In this document: piece after piece, positions 1 through 14,158 of the stretch | Numbering within the stretch: position 1 is the stretch's first letter | How the letters are laid out: each line of letters starts with the position of its first letter | Assembly: GCA_964016885.1 (NCBI GenBank) | Contig: OZ024743.1 | Coordinates: forward strand, 246,078,001-246,142,000 | Length of the DNA stretch: 64,000 nt | Source of the DNA: Eledone cirrhosa | Lineage: Eukaryota | Reading direction: 5' to 3' | Made by a program: the position numbers and the translations under genes | Notes under the pieces: model-generated | Database searches by the model: none | What the model was told of the DNA's origin: nothing | Seen by the model: the letters and a program-made list of their open reading frames with translations, nothing else

Positions 1-980
1 GCATTAAACGGTGATGATGATCAAGGTCCCACTGGATTATATCTCCTTCAACCGCCCAGATGGTTCTATAGAAATAGTAGACACCTTCTGTTACCTGGGT
101 GACAAAATCAGCAATGGAGGAGGGTGCTCTGAAAGTGTAGTAGCAAGAGTTAGAACGGGATGGAAAAAATTCAGAGAGCTAATACCGCTGTTGGCCACAA
201 GGGGTTTTTCTCTAAAAATGAAAGGCAGATTGTATGATGTATGTATACAAACGGCGATATTAAATGGTAGTGAGACTTGGGCATTGTGTGCTGAAGACCT
301 GCTTAGATTAGAAAGAAATGCTCCGATGGATGTGTAATAGTAACGTGCGCGAAAGGCGAAGCATAAACGAACTAAGAGGGAGACTAAGGATAAGAGGTAT
401 CAAATGTTGTGTTCTGGAGAGGAGATTGCATTGGTATGGACATGTGATTCGTATAAAGGACAACAGCTGTATAAAAAAGTGCAGGGCAATGAAAATTGAT
501 GGAAACTGCGGAGTGGGTAGACCAAGAAAAACCTGGGACGAGGTGATAAAAACTGACCTTGCCCACCTACACCTCTCTAAGACAATGACACTGGATCGAG
601 ACCTTTGGCACCATGCAGTTGTACAGAAAAGCCGACTACCATTGCATACAAACCTACAGTCAGTAGGCACCTCTTAACTCAATGTACACCCCACCTCTCA
701 CGCCCTACCCCATCCTCTCTCTCCCATTCCATCCACTGTGTTGATGACACAACAGTCCACACTGTAAAGTGGCCATGTAGGAGACACAGTGAAAAGGCTC
801 CCAGTCGACACTGTAAATGTGGTTGGTGTTAGGAAGAGCATCTAGCTGTAAAAAACCTGCCAGAGACGCTTCCGTGAGAGCGAGACATGGTCTCCTGACC
901 ATTCCCGCATCAAATGGTACAAAATCGTCTAACCCATGCTAGCGTGGAAGATGGACGTTAAACGATGATGATGATGATGA
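1..980 (+). mobile_element. RTE-clade LINE, 3' fragment (RT C-terminus, 3' UTR, (GAT)n tail)
   Basis: Frameshifted ORFs 11-337 and 318-677 read FCYLGD..GGGCSESVVARVRTGWKKFREL..LHWYGHV..GRPRKTWDEV. The element ends in GGACGTTAAACGATGATGATG. It is the same family as 24673-27570. Confidence 0.9.
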
Positions 981-1132
981 TCTATATAAATAATTGTAAT
1001 GAATAAACGATTTATGTAATATCAGCATCTATTTTAATGTTATTCTTATACTGAATCTCCATCGTAACTACACTATGAATGTAGAGAGCTTTCTTCTATT
1101 CCTGTTTTTTACCAAAACAACTTTTACTGAAA

Positions 1133-1170
<38 letters not shown>

Positions 1171-3348
1171 GTGTGTAGAGAGAGAGAGGGAGAGACCATT
1201 AGATGTTGGGATGAAGCAACATCTAGTGGTCTCTAGTATGCACCATGCCCCATTTCTCCCACTCCCACATCTTATCACTCCATCCTTCACCAGCTAAGTA
1301 CCCCACCCTAGTCCTACCACTCCAATCCCCACCCTACATACATGCACCCCACCCCCACTTTCCAGTAGTAAATGCTCTCCAGTCAATGACGAAAACCTCT
1401 CTACTGTTGGTGAGCTACATGATAAATGCACCAAATACACTCTATTAAGTGGTTAGTGATAGGGAGGGTTTAAAGCCATTGTAAATTTGCCAAACAAAAG
1501 GTCAGGAGGACTCATCAGTTGTGTCATAGGTAACTATGAGATGACCAGAGAATAAAGGGCGTAGCATGTCGTGACTTTGAACAGTTACTTGTGTGTTATT
1601 CATATGTGTATATTAGGTGTAGTTGCAAGTGTGTGTTCTTTGATATATATCATCATCATCGTTTTTATGTCCATTTTTCCCCACTTGCATGGGTTGAATG
1701 GGTCCTTCTCAGTACAAAATCTCTCCACTTGTCACTTTCCTTCATCATCTCCTCTGACAGTCTTAGGGATTTGAGGTCAGCTCTCATGACCTCTACCCAG
1801 GTCTTTCTTGGTCGTCCTCTACTGTGGCTTCCTTTAACTGGGATTTTTCCCTACTAGCAAGGGTTAGATGGATCACAACAGACCAAGTGAGTACTCAAGC
1901 AGAGCTACTAACTTCTCAGATGGACCTAAGCCTTTCATCTCACTTGCATATGTTACCACACTCTACCAAGTGCTCAGATGAGCTAAGGGACCACATGTCA
2001 CATACATTCCTACACTCTACCCAGTGTGTTTTATCATATCACCAGCAGTAGGGTGAATGTCATGTCTTTAACACAGTTGAAGGTTTTCTACAGCTGGATG
2101 TCTTCTTATTATTAACCACTCTACACATGATCGCTTTCCACACAGTTTCCACTTACCAATTTCACTCCCAAAACATTGATCACTCCAAAACTATAATAGA
2201 CAACACTCAAGCCACATGGTTGAACTTCTTAACCCTACAGCTATGTAAGATCAATGCTGTTTAAAATAAAATCTTATGTATTTACACCCTGAAACACTAT
2301 AGTTGTGAAAAGTGTGTAATATTTAATATTAGATCCCACCAATTATGTACTAGTTGATCTTTCAACGGGTTTCTGTGAAGTTAACCCAATTGTTACTATA
2401 TTTCTATTGAAAGACACTACCAACGATGTTTCAAGAATTTGAAGGGATTCACTGATATAACTAACTTTCTCATTACTAAGCTGGTGTTTGGTACATAACT
2501 CAACAAAGATTCTTCCTTAAAATCATCATCGAAGGCTTTTTAGATAAATATAAACAGGTTTGTGATATTTTAGACATCTGGCTGTAGAAACTATGCAGAA
2601 ACCAGAATATGTGAGATGCGCCCTCCTCCCCCACCCTCTTTTGACCCATGTGTGTGTACAGAATTCCGATTAAGTACTGGTTTGGTGTGTGATGACTAAT
2701 CCAACCCATGCCAGCATGAAAAAATGGATGTTATATGATGATGATGATGATGATGATAATGACCATGCTGCCACTACAGTGAACACTTTATTAAATTGGT
2801 TTTGTACCATAAAATCGAGGCGGTTTTATCTTTGTTATCAAAAGGTTAAATATAGTATTTTGATTTCTTTTGTGAAATTCTTAGAATATACTTTATTTCT
2901 TTTATGATTCAAAATTGAACTATAGAAATGGGTGTGGTTCTTTCTTTTTCTTCTTCTTTATTATCTTTCTATACCATGGTGTACTGCACAGCAATCCAAC
3001 CTTGGATGATTTTGCTAACGTAACAGGCTTTCAATGAGAAAGGGTTGCTAACCCCTTGCTCAACCTTACTTCAATTCTGGAGAAAGGGATATTGTGAGAG
3101 TTCTATCATGACCCTTCTCTTGGTGTAATGTAGCGGATTCAGTGAGTTAGATAGAGATAGATAGAGAGTGATAGAGAGAGAGAGAGAGAGAGAGTGGGTG
3201 TAGTTATTTATTTGCTATGAAGTGTTATACACTGGCTGGGAACAGGAAAGTTAGCTGTTTTTATTGTTGTTAGTTATTGTTGTATGTACTAGGGTGTGTG
3301 TGTGAAAAAAATGGTGAAATAAAGAGCAGAGAGAGAGATGCATGTAAG

Positions 3349-3380
<32 letters not shown>

Positions 3381-4248
3381 AGAGAGAGGTAGGGAAGCAT
3401 ATATATAAATGTGTGCGTGTGCAAAGAGAAAGGTGGAGTGACAGATACATTCATTGTCAATATTTCAATAAATAATTATAATGGAAAATCGTGACTGTAA
3501 GCCACGTAAATGTAGATGTATGTAACACAACATTTTTTGGTTGAAGGAGTTTGCAAATTTGGACACATATCTTATCGTATTTTACATACAATCTTCCTCA
3601 TTTTAATTTTTGTTATGAATGTCCTTTCTAACATCAACCCTTCCATAGTTAGTACTGGATGTAGTTTATTGTGGCATCAGCTCTAGAGAGCTTGATATGT
3701 CCTTGACAACACTTAAGAGCCATTTATACTTTATATTGTCTCTGATTGTCAACTACTTTACAGAGTTTACTTAGTGCATTTTATTCTGACAAAATCAAAT
3801 CCAGGGGTTGTTGAAGAAGCTTGTCATCAGGCCCACAAAGATAATCTCTGCTTTAGCAGGGAATATGGCCTTAAAATGATTGCTGTTGTTGCTGCAGCGT
3901 GTATTGGGTGCATTTTATTGTGACAGTGTCAACGGGGTACATTTTATCGAAACAGGATGTACTGGGTACATTTTATCATGACAGGGTGCTCTGGATATAT
4001 TTTATTGTGACAGGGTGTACTGGGTATATTTTATTGTGTCACTGTGGTTTTATTTTCTTTCTCTGAGATTAAAATTTTAAGTAAGAGTGTTTTGCGTACA
4101 TCACAGCTTAACATATTTATCCAAATTCACGACTGTGGGTTATTTGTGTCATTTCCCTTGGTTCATTTTATTTTAGCTTTTTAATTTTGTTAATTATACT
4201 GGCCAAAATTATTCTTAATTCTTTTTCCTGGCTATGCTGATGGGGTTT

Positions 4249-4594
4249 CATCATCATCATCATCATTTCATTTTACGTCCGCTTTTTCCCTGCTTGCAAG
4301 GGTCGGACGGGAACTGATTTTGGCTTGATTTCTACAGCTGGATGCCCTTCCTAACACCAACCTCATTTACAGTGAGTGCTGGGTGCTTTTTTACCGTGGC
4401 ACCTGCACGACCACTTTGCAGTGGAATGATATGGACCCCAGTCCCTATCATCTCATTTCTACAGCTGAGTAAACTGGAGCAATGTGAAATAAAGTGTCTT
4501 GCTCAAGGAAACAACACATCACCCAGTCTGAGAATTGAACTCACAACCTTTCGATTGCAAGGCCAATGCTCTAACCACTAAGCCATGTGCCTCC
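4249..4594 (-). mobile_element. tRNA-headed SINE with RTE-derived 3' tail
   Basis: The reverse complement has an A box (TGGCTTAGTGG), a B box (GAGTTCAATTC), an RTE-like 3' end and (GAT)n. It is nearly identical to 31796-32143. Confidence 0.85.
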
Positions 4595-4854
4595 TTGGGG
4601 TTTAATAGACAGAAACATGTTCACAATTATCCCATGCCAGCAAACAAAGACCAGGCTCTATTTTCCCTTAGTATGTCATAGAGATTAATTCTTAATTTCT
4701 TGAAATTATCTCACCTTATCTTTTGCAGTTGGTAACAATTACCACATAAGGACATTTTAATTAAACATTATTTGTGTAGATTATTCAATGCATCATCATT
4801 TAACTTATTTGGCCAAATTCATGTCATTGGCCTCATTTGAGTTTTTTTTATCAA

Positions 4855-6560
4855 TGGGTACATTTTATTGTGACAGAGTGTACAGGGTACATTTTATTGT
4901 GACAGAGTGTACTAGGTACATTTTATTGTGACAGAGTGTACTAGGTACATTTTATTGTGACAGAGTGTACAGGGTACATTTTATTGTGACAGAGTGTACA
5001 GGGTACATTTTATTGTGACAGTGTACTGGGTACATTTTATTGTGACAGAGTGTACTAGGTACATTTTATTGTGACAGAGTGTACTAGGTACATTTTATTG
5101 TGTCAGGGTGTACTAGGTACATTTTATTGTGACAGAGTGTACAGGGTACATTTTATTGTGACAGTGTACTAGGTACATTTTATTGTGACAGAGTGTACAG
5201 GGTACATTTTATTGTGACAGAGTGTACTAGGTACATTTTATTGTGACAGTGTACTAGGTACATTTTATTGTGACAGAGTGTACAGGGTACATTTTATTGT
5301 GACAGTGTACTGGGTACATTTTATTGTGACAGAGTGTACTAGGTACATTTTATTGTGACAGAGTGTACTAGGTACATTTTATTGTGTCATGGTGTACTAG
5401 GTACATTTTATTGTGTCATGGTGTACTAGGTACATTTTATTGTGACAGAGTGTACTAGGTACATTTTATTGTGACAGAGTGTACTAGGTACATTTTATTG
5501 TGACAGAGTGTACTAGGTACATTTTATTGTGACAGAGTGTACAGGGTACATTTTATTGTGACAGTGTACTGGGTACATTTTATTGTGACAGAGTGTACAG
5601 GGTACATTTTATTGTGACAGTGTACTGGGTACATTTTATTGTGACAGAGTGTACTAGGTACATTTTATTGTGACAGAGTGTACTAGGTACATTTTATTGT
5701 GACAGAGTGTACTAGGTACATTTTATTGTGACAGAGTGTACTAGGTACATTTTATTGTGACAGAGTGTACAGGGTACATTTTATTGTGACAGTGTACTGG
5801 GTACATTTTATTGTGACAGAGTGTACAGGGTACATTTTATTGTGACAGTGTACTGGGTACATTTTATTGTGACAGAGTGTACTAGGTACATTTTATTGTG
5901 ACAGAGTGTACTAGGTACATTTTATTGTGTCATGGTGTACTAGGTACATTTTATTGTGTCATGGTGTACTAGGTACATTTTATTGTGACAGAGTGTACTA
6001 GGTACATTTTATTGTGACAGAGTGTACAGGGTTCATTTTATGGTGACAGAGTGTACTAGGTACATTTTATTGTGACAGTGTACAGGGTACATTTTATTGT
6101 GACAGTGTACAGGGTACATGTTATGGTGACAAAATGTACTAGGTACATTTAATTCTGGCAGAGTGTACTGAGTACATTTTATTGTGGCAGAGTGTACAGG
6201 GTGCATTTTATTGTGACAGAGTGTACAGGGTACATTTTATTGTGACAGAGTGTACTAGGTACATTTTATTGTGACAGAGTGTACTAGGTACATTTTATTG
6301 TGCCAATTAACTAGGTACATTATATTGTGACCATGACCCTAGTTCCTTTTATTGTGGTAGTATACAGGGTGTATGTTATTGTGTCAGGGTATACTGGATA
6401 CATTTTATTGTGTCAGGGTATACTGGGTACATTTTATTATGTCAGGGAATACTGGGTACATTTTATTGTGTCAGAGTATACTGGGTACATTTTATTGTGC
6501 CAGAGTATACTGGGTACATTTTATTGTGCCAGAGTATACTGGGTACATTTTAATGTGTGA
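4855..6560 (+). repeat. 29/27-bp minisatellite (GGTACATTTTATTGTGACAGAGTGTACTA)n, about 60 copies
   Basis: The tandem array is directly visible. More diverged units lie at 3900-4045. Confidence 0.95.
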
Positions 6561-6703
6561 CTAGGTTTTTATTTTCTTTCTCCAGCTTGTGTTTCTAACT
6601 TGCATTCAATCAGCTTTCCCATAACAATCACAACCACATAACACACAGTGCTTCATATAAACTACTTTCCTTTCTTCTAACCTATTTATTGATAATGTTT
6701 CAG

Positions 6704-6861
6704 CTGTGGCAAAGAATTTTATAGAGAAATACTTGGTACAGTGTCAGGAAAGAACTCAGTATTCCTCAGACCAAATTGGTAAATCCACTATGCCAGACAA
6801 ATCAAGAACTACTGACCGAACTCCAGAAAGCAGACATGACGAAAATTCCCAACTTCATATG
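6704..6861 (+). CDS. CEP72: Probable internal exon of the CEP72-like gene
   Basis: Acceptor gtttcag|CT and donor ATG|gtaaat. The only fully open frame is (A)VAKNFIEKYLVQ..ENSQLHM. Its phase-0 end fits the next exon. Confidence 0.55.
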
Positions 6862-7706
6862 GTAAATATTCTTTAGAAATATTAAATAATACAAAAGACC
6901 CAACTTCCCACGGGTAAAAGCTGAAGCTGAAGTATATGGACAATATGGCCCCATCCCCTCCCACTGGAAAGAGGTCGTGGAGGTGTCACAACAAAAAAGC
7001 ACCCAGCACTCACTGTAAATGAGATTGATATTAGGAAGGGCATCCAGCTGTAGAAATCAAGCCAGAATCAGTTCCCATTTGAGCAAGACAAGGTCACTCG
7101 ACCTGGCACTGCCCACAACAGGACAACCCGTCTAACCCATGCTAGCGTGTAAGAATGGACATAAAACGATGATGATGATGATGACCTTATGAATTATCAA
7201 AGCACCTCTGTTCGTTTTTTCCTGTCCCTAAGGGTAATTTGCTCAATTTTCTTAACTATTATTTATAGTGATTGACTGTTGTTACAGTTATTTTCTGTAT
7301 TTAGGACTCTAACATTTTAAAATCAAATATATAGATGTAGGTATGGCTATGTGGTTTAAAGAGTTCACTTTGCAACAACATAGTTTTGGGTTCTGTCCTA
7401 CTGTGTGGCACCTTCATGATAAGACTGCTAGAGTTTAAACCACAATGCAGGGTTTCTTAAACAGCCATGTGTTTATGTAATGATCCATTGCTACAAGCTG
7501 TCAGTTGTTTGTTTAAGGTTCCCTGTCCTGTCATTTAAATACCAGCACTGTCTCTGTAACTTTATGTAGCAATCTATTAATATTAGGTGTTGGATGTTTC
7601 AGGTTCCCTGCTCTACTCTAAACTCTAGCATTGTCTCTCTAACTTCATGTAGCAATCCATGTTAGATGTCTGTTTAACAGGATTCCTATTACAATCTGTT
7701 GTCTAG

Positions 7707-7839
7707 GTTTATATGAGAAGCCAGTTGGAAGAATGTATGGAGGAGAACAGAAACCTAAGAAATGATTTACAGTGGTTACTGATCAAGTCTAAATCTGGAC
7801 CGGAGGAAGTTTCTACTGCTGACAAGGATCTCTGCTGCA
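7707..7839 (+). CDS. CEP72: CEP72-like coiled-coil exon (3' boundary uncertain)
   Basis: Acceptor gtctag|GTT. VYMRSQLEECMEENRNLRNDLQWLL resembles the recalled CEP72 segment LRQHLDKSLEENSRLKSLL. No strong donor is visible; the phase-1 candidate is TGCA|gttcag. Confidence 0.6.
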
Positions 7840-8129
7840 GTTCAGTGATTTATTTACTTTTAGGCTTGTAAACTCTTACATTATTACATCACTTGTTTAT
7901 CTCCCCACCAACATTGTCTGCATCGTCTTCATTATCTACCATCATCATCATTACCACCACCACTACCAATGACATTATCATCATCATTCTCACCATCATT
8001 TCTAACATTAATCATCACTATCATCATCATCGACAGCAGCATTGTCATCATCATCATCATCGCTGACATTAACTCTTTTTATACCAATTTGCCCAGTACT
8101 GCCCATAGTTTTTTTTATAGATAATTCCT

Positions 8130-8290
8130 TATCAGGTGTACATACCACATGTAGTTATATATTGTCTAGTGTATGCGCCACATGTAGTTATATAACATCT
8201 AGTATGTGTACCACATGCAGTTAAATCCTTCTAGTCCATGTATCATATGTAGTTATATATTGTCTAATCTGTGTACCACATGTAGTTAAA
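8130..8290 (+). repeat. About 33-bp degenerate minisatellite (TACCACATGTAGTTATATATTGTCTAG..)
   Basis: About 5 tandem copies are visible. Confidence 0.8.
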
Positions 8291-8649
8291 TAGTTTTTAT
8301 TTTAGTCTTTGTATTTGGGGTGTTTTCATGATAGGAGCCCCACCAATACCATTAGCAACACTACATACATCACCATCACTACCTATGTATTTATACCTAA
8401 CTGAAACACCAACCATCACCAACACCACCACAACCACCACCATCTATGTACTTATTATGATTGCCATATTTTTACCATTCAGTTTAGATTTAGGAATTTA
8501 AAAAGAAAAGACAATGTTTTAATATCTTAAAATTCTCATATTTCACAATGGCCTTTGTTTTGTTTTTATTGCCATTTCAGTAAAGTTGTGTGGTTCTAAC
8601 TTGTTTACATTTATTTATAGGTTTTAACCACCCATTCACACTAAATATT

Positions 8650-8970
8650 TCTTATCACACACTCACTATATACACTTTTAACTACACACACCCTCTATAC
8701 ATCACACACTCACACACCCTCGATACATTTTAATCACACACTCTCTATAAATACATTTTTAACCACACACACCCTCTGTACATTTTTAATCACACACTCA
8801 CTGTATACACATTTAACCACACACACCCTCTATACATTTTTTAATCACACACTCACTGTATACACATTTAACCACACACACACACTCACTCTCTATACAT
8901 TTTTATCACACATTCACTGTATACATACACTTTTAACCACACATACTCTCTATACATTTTAACTACATAG
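8650..8970 (+). repeat. About 28-30-bp degenerate minisatellite (TTTTAACCACACACACCCTCTATACA)
   Basis: About 10 tandem copies are visible. Confidence 0.8.
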
Positions 8971-11648
8971 TCTTAACCTTTTTGTGATCATATTTCTTAT
9001 GAAATTCATTGAATGTGTTTCAATTAATTTTGAAAATAATCAAGAAAATGGAGGCTTCTATTAAAATAACTTTTTTATTAAGTTGGTGTTAAGAACATAA
9101 CAATAAAGTTACATAAAATTATGATGAAAGTTTTTAATTTGGATATGAACGTTGAAAAAATAGACTGTTTTATCACAGGACCAGAGGTGGTTTCAGGTGA
9201 GTTGGTATCAAAATGGTTAATCCCAAATAATTATAACTATTAGAATAATCGTTAGAATATGTGAGAAAATGTATTTATTTTAGATTCTTATCATCATCCT
9301 CATCTTTTTTATGTCTATTTTCCCATGTTTATATGGGTTGGATGGGTATTTTCTAGCATAGCCTTCCTCCATACACTACATTCCATTGTTCAAATCCTAC
9401 CAAGGTTAAATTTGCCTTTCATCCTTCTGGATGACAATAAATACTAATTTAAGTCTGTGAATTGGCTGGCAGAATCATTCAACTCTTGGATGGGGTACTT
9501 TCCAGTATTTATTCCAGTTCTTTGTGTACTGAGTTGAAATTTCATGGATATCAACTTTACTTTCCATCCTTCCAGAAGGAGGAACAATCTTGGACATAGG
9601 GTTGACAGAATTGTTAGAGTATCAGTGATATTTATTTCAATTCCATGCATTCTATGTTCAAAGCCTGCCAAGGATAACTTTATCTTTCATCCTCCTGGGG
9701 TGAGGTCAATAAAATACTGGTCTAGGGTGGTGAATTGCTTGAATTGTTAGAATATTCAACAAGATATCTATATTTTTTCTGCTGTGGTCTACTTAGATAG
9801 ACTTAACATATTTCTAATGAAATATATTCCTTATATTTCTAATGAAAGACACAGTCTACTGCATTGGTATGAATATGTGATGCATATGGATGATGATGAT
9901 TGAGTGAAGAAGTGCCAAGAAATCCCAATAAAGGAGGCTATAATAGAGGGAGACAAAGGAAGATCTGAGAAGAGGTGGTGAGAGGTGATCTCAAATCACT
10001 GAAGCTCACAGCGATGATAATGAAGGGAGGTTGTGCTATAAAAGACCTATCCAACCCATGCAAACATGGAAAAGTGGACATAAAATTGTGATGATAATGA
10101 GGAGAATGTGAAAAACCAAGAATTTGAATGGATTTTGTAATATATCTAATTTACTCATTATTTGTTTTGTGTTTAGAAAATAATTTAAAGGTTCTTACAT
10201 AAAATTATGATGGAAGATTTTTCGATAAATATAAACACTTTAAAACAGTGTTGTATCATAGAACCAGGGTGGGTTTAAGGACATTTTTTATCAAAAGGGT
10301 TAACACTACTGCATGACCCTTGGGTGCTTTAAGCTGAATTCTCTCCATTGCAACAATCAGGCAGAGTCACTAGTTTGAGAATATCTTCCTCTCTCCCACC
10401 AGTCTTGGAGACTTTGAGAAAAGAGTTGAGCTTTTCTTTTCCTTACTAAGTGATATAATAAAAGGAAAATTAGTAACTCTACCTCATCATCAGTGCTAAA
10501 CAATAGACACAGCATCTGTTTAAGCAATTTGCTTCACATTAATGAGGTCCTGGGTTGGATCCCATTGCATGACATCTGTGGCCAGTGTCATTCAACTCCT
10601 ACCTTTTAAATGAAATTGGATAGATGGAAATTGTTTGGAAACCCATCCTTGTAATACAAAGGGCCAGTCATGTCACATTGTGTTACACTGAGTCTTGCTG
10701 AAAATTGTATTATGGGTATACATGTTTGTGGAGTGCTCAGCTACTTACATGTTAATTTCATGAGCAGGCTGTTCCATTGATCAAACCACTGGAAGATTTA
10801 CATAAAAAATGACAGACATCCTTTCCATTCCAGTGCCTACCTATCAATTTGTACTCCCTATATTGTATCGTAGATTTTGGAATAGGTACACTATATCTCT
10901 TTGTGTTGCAAGACACAATTAATAGGGTTGGTGTTAGTAGGGCAACTGGCTGCAAAATACTGCTTCAAAAAGGTACCGTTGAAGCTATGCTGGCATGGAA
11001 ATGCAGACATAATTACAAATGATAATTATGATGATGATGATGGATGTAGTGATGATGAGGAGGATGAGGCTGGTTATGAGGAGGAGGAAATGATGGTGAT
11101 AATGCAAATGATAATAATAAGGATAATGATGAGGGCAGTAGGGATGATAATGATGATGATGAGGAGGAGGGTGACGGTGATAATGATTATGATGATGATG
11201 AAGGTGGTGGAGGTGATAGTTATGGTGAGGATGAGGAAAAGGAAGAGGGTGATGGTAATGATACTGGTGGTAGTGATTTGTTTTACATTTTTAAAATTGT
11301 CACTTAATAGAAAAAGAAAAAAAAAATTAGATTGAGGATAAAGAATGGAAAATAATTTTAGAAAAACGGAAAAGGAAAGGGCTCTAGTTTTTTAAATTCT
11401 AGTTGAAGATGGGTGGCCTAGTGGTTAGGGTGTTGGACTAAAAATCATAAGGTCATGGGTTCGATTTCTGGTTGTATTTTTGATAAAAATACTTTATTTC
11501 GCATTGCCCTCTTCTGCCAAGAGTTGTGACTTGCAGATAATATCAGTAATGGAAAGACCAATGGAAACATTGCTTCTTTGGTTCAATTTGATGATCAGCT
11601 CCTTTCCTTTTTCATTGATGGTATTTTTTTGTTCTTCATTTTCTCCAG

Positions 11649-11763
11649 TAGAACTGAAAGACCAAAATGTTCAGCTCCAGAAAGATGTTGAGTTATTAGA
11701 ATCTAAGCTGGAACAGTATTACCAAATACAGACTCTGGCAGATATGTTGCAGGAAAGTCACAA
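11649..11763 (+). CDS. CEP72: CEP72-like penultimate coding exon
   Basis: Polypyrimidine tract and ctccag|TAG (NAGNAG) acceptor; donor CACAA|gtaaga. ELKDQNVQLQKDVELLESKLEQYYQIQTLADMLQESH matches the recalled CEP72 motif LEHYDKIQELTQMLQESH. Confidence 0.85.
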
Positions 11764-13553
11764 GTAAGAACTATATATTAATACTTTTTATTTACTTTGT
11801 TTTATTTTTCCACTGTCACTACCAACATCAGCACCACGATATATAACCACCAACACCACTAACACAACCACCACCATGACTAACACCATCTTTACCACTA
11901 CCACCACCATGACTAACACCACAACCAATACCACCTTTACCACCACCATCACAACCAACATGATCATAGCCACCGCAATGACCGTTGACATAACCAACAC
12001 CATCTTTGAAGGAGTGGCGTCTTACAACCTGTAACAGCAAAATCAACAATAATAATAACAAAGACACATTAACAGATAGATAATAGTGGTTTCTAATTTA
12101 GACACAAGGCCAACAATTTTGGAGGGAAAGAGAAAGTCGATTATACTGAATTCAATATTTTACAAGTAGTGTATTTTATTGATGCTGGAAAGATGAAAAA
12201 TGAAATTGACTTAGGCAGGATTTGAACTCAGAACATTGAGAAGCAAAAGAAATACCACAAAGCATTTTATCCGATGCTCTACCAACCCACTACGCTGACT
12301 ACCTTGTCTAATGTAGATGCAGCATAGCCAAATGGTTAAGAGGTTTTCTTCACAATCATTTGGTCCCAGATTCAATCCTACTACATGGCGTCTTCAGTAT
12401 CATTTACCAAAGCCTCAGGTTGACTCATGTCTTGTGAGTGAAATTACGTAGATTAAAACTGTTTGGAAGTCCGTCAGATAGATTGTACCTGTAATTCAAA
12501 GGATCAGCCTTGTCACACACTGTGTCACACTGAATTTACCTAAGAATTATATTTAAGTTACACATGTTTGTGGAATACACAGCCTCTTACATGTTAATTT
12601 CATTAGCAGTCTGTTCCATTGATTGAATACTCATCCTCAAAATCGATGGAAGTCCATCATAGTTACAAAATTGATGATTTCTAATTTTGGCTCAAGACCA
12701 ACAATGTAGGGGATGGGAAAATCGATTATAGTGACCCCAGTACTTGTCTGGTACTTTATTTTATCAACTTCTGAAGGATGAAAGGCAATGTTGGCATTGA
12801 CAGTATTTGAACTTCAAATGGAAAGAGCCAGAACAATTATTGTTAAACATTTCTCCAACATTCTAATGACTCTGCCAATCCAACACTCCTTTTATTACAA
12901 CAATCTAACTATAATAAAGGGAGGAGTGCAGGACTGTTTATATTTTTTTATCCTGTTAGTAAAATAAGTTGGATTACTTTGAATAAATAATGAATCAACA
13001 TTACATAATTTATGTACTAAATTTTGTAACTCTTGATTAGACTTAAATAATTTTATTGCTTATTTCAAGATTCACTTCTTTTAAAAGTTCCAAATCTCAA
13101 CACTTCTGGTATATCGCCACCATCATCACCACTTCAACTATATAGACAGAGCGAGAAAGAAGAGAGAGATACAGATAAAATGACTGTGACAGATATATAT
13201 ATATGGAGAGAGCGAGAGATGGAGTGAAAGAGAAAATTAAGAGATTAGGATTTTTTTCAACATGCTGATGCGTATGTGTGTATGTGCATATACATACATT
13301 TATATCTATGAGTATATAACTACAATTGCGCAAACACAGACAAACTTACAAAAATACACACTCTCAGACATACATTCACACAAATACACATACTTTCGCA
13401 CAAACACATACATACATTCACACAAACACGCATATACATTTACACAAACACACACATATACATACAGTCTTGATAGCAGCGTTTGATAAATTGGAAATGG
13501 AAGAGTAAAATGAAATATAACTTTTTATTTATTTATTAAAAACACAGTTTAAC

Positions 13554-14158
13554 TTTTTTTTTTTTTTAAACTCATTTGTTGTTACAGGTTTATTCTCAGT
13601 TGTATAAAAATATATAATGCTTACAGAACGAAAACACAAACAAATATAATATATACAAAGGAAAGTGAAAGGAAAAAAAAGAGAGAGAAAAAACACACAA
13701 GCAGGTAATACACACATCTAGGACCACATACAACAAATAGCAGGCGAAAGGGGTGGACAAACGAGCTGCAACCAGAGCAAAAGATAACAATATAGCAAGG
13801 AACACTGAAAAACCTCTCTAATAATTTTTGAGGCAAGCCAGCATGCTGCAGCATTACCTTAGGTGATAGCGAGGCTGAGGTGCTGGAACAACCAAGTGCC
13901 CTCACGAGCATCACCAGTTACCTCTGTTTTGCGAGCCGCCAGTGAAGATAAGAACTTCGCTATCAGTAGCTCGATTCCCTCAAACGTCTTGAAAGCCAGC
14001 ATTCTCGCAGCATTACCTTGGGTGATGACGAGGCTGAGGTGCTGGAACAACCAAGTGCCCTCATGAGCATCACCAGTTACCTCTGTTTGGTGGGCCGCCA
14101 GTGAAGATAAGAACTTCGCTATCAGTAGCTCGATTCCCTCAAATGTCTCGAATGCCAC
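13554..14158 (-). mobile_element. CRE-clade non-LTR retrotransposon 3' fragment with a 159-bp internal tandem duplication and poly(A)
   Basis: The minus frame AFETFEG..TGDAREGTWLFQHLSLAITxGNAA occurs twice and matches the RLE C-terminus at 53963-54163 (DPRELEWLFQRISLAVLRGNA). AATAAA and an A14 tail lie at 13554-13567 on the minus strand. Confidence 0.75.

Noticed and set aside
4060-4090. Possible CEP72 micro-exon ending TTAA|gtaaga
   Set aside because: It would be only ~13 nt, with a weak acceptor and no recognisable homology.
4855-6560. 29-bp repeat array considered as CRISPR
   Set aside because: There are no unique spacers and no cas genes, and the context is eukaryotic.
10901-12067. Met/Asp/Val-rich ORFs
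   Set aside because: They are translations of (GAT/GAG/ACC)n low-complexity intron sequence. Only 11649-11763 is a real exon.
13938-14010. GTGAAGA..GAAAG in the 159-bp tandem considered as a hammerhead
   Set aside because: The core is wrong at position 3, there is no stem I, and the motif is not kept in the second copy. The minus strand is CRE coding sequence.
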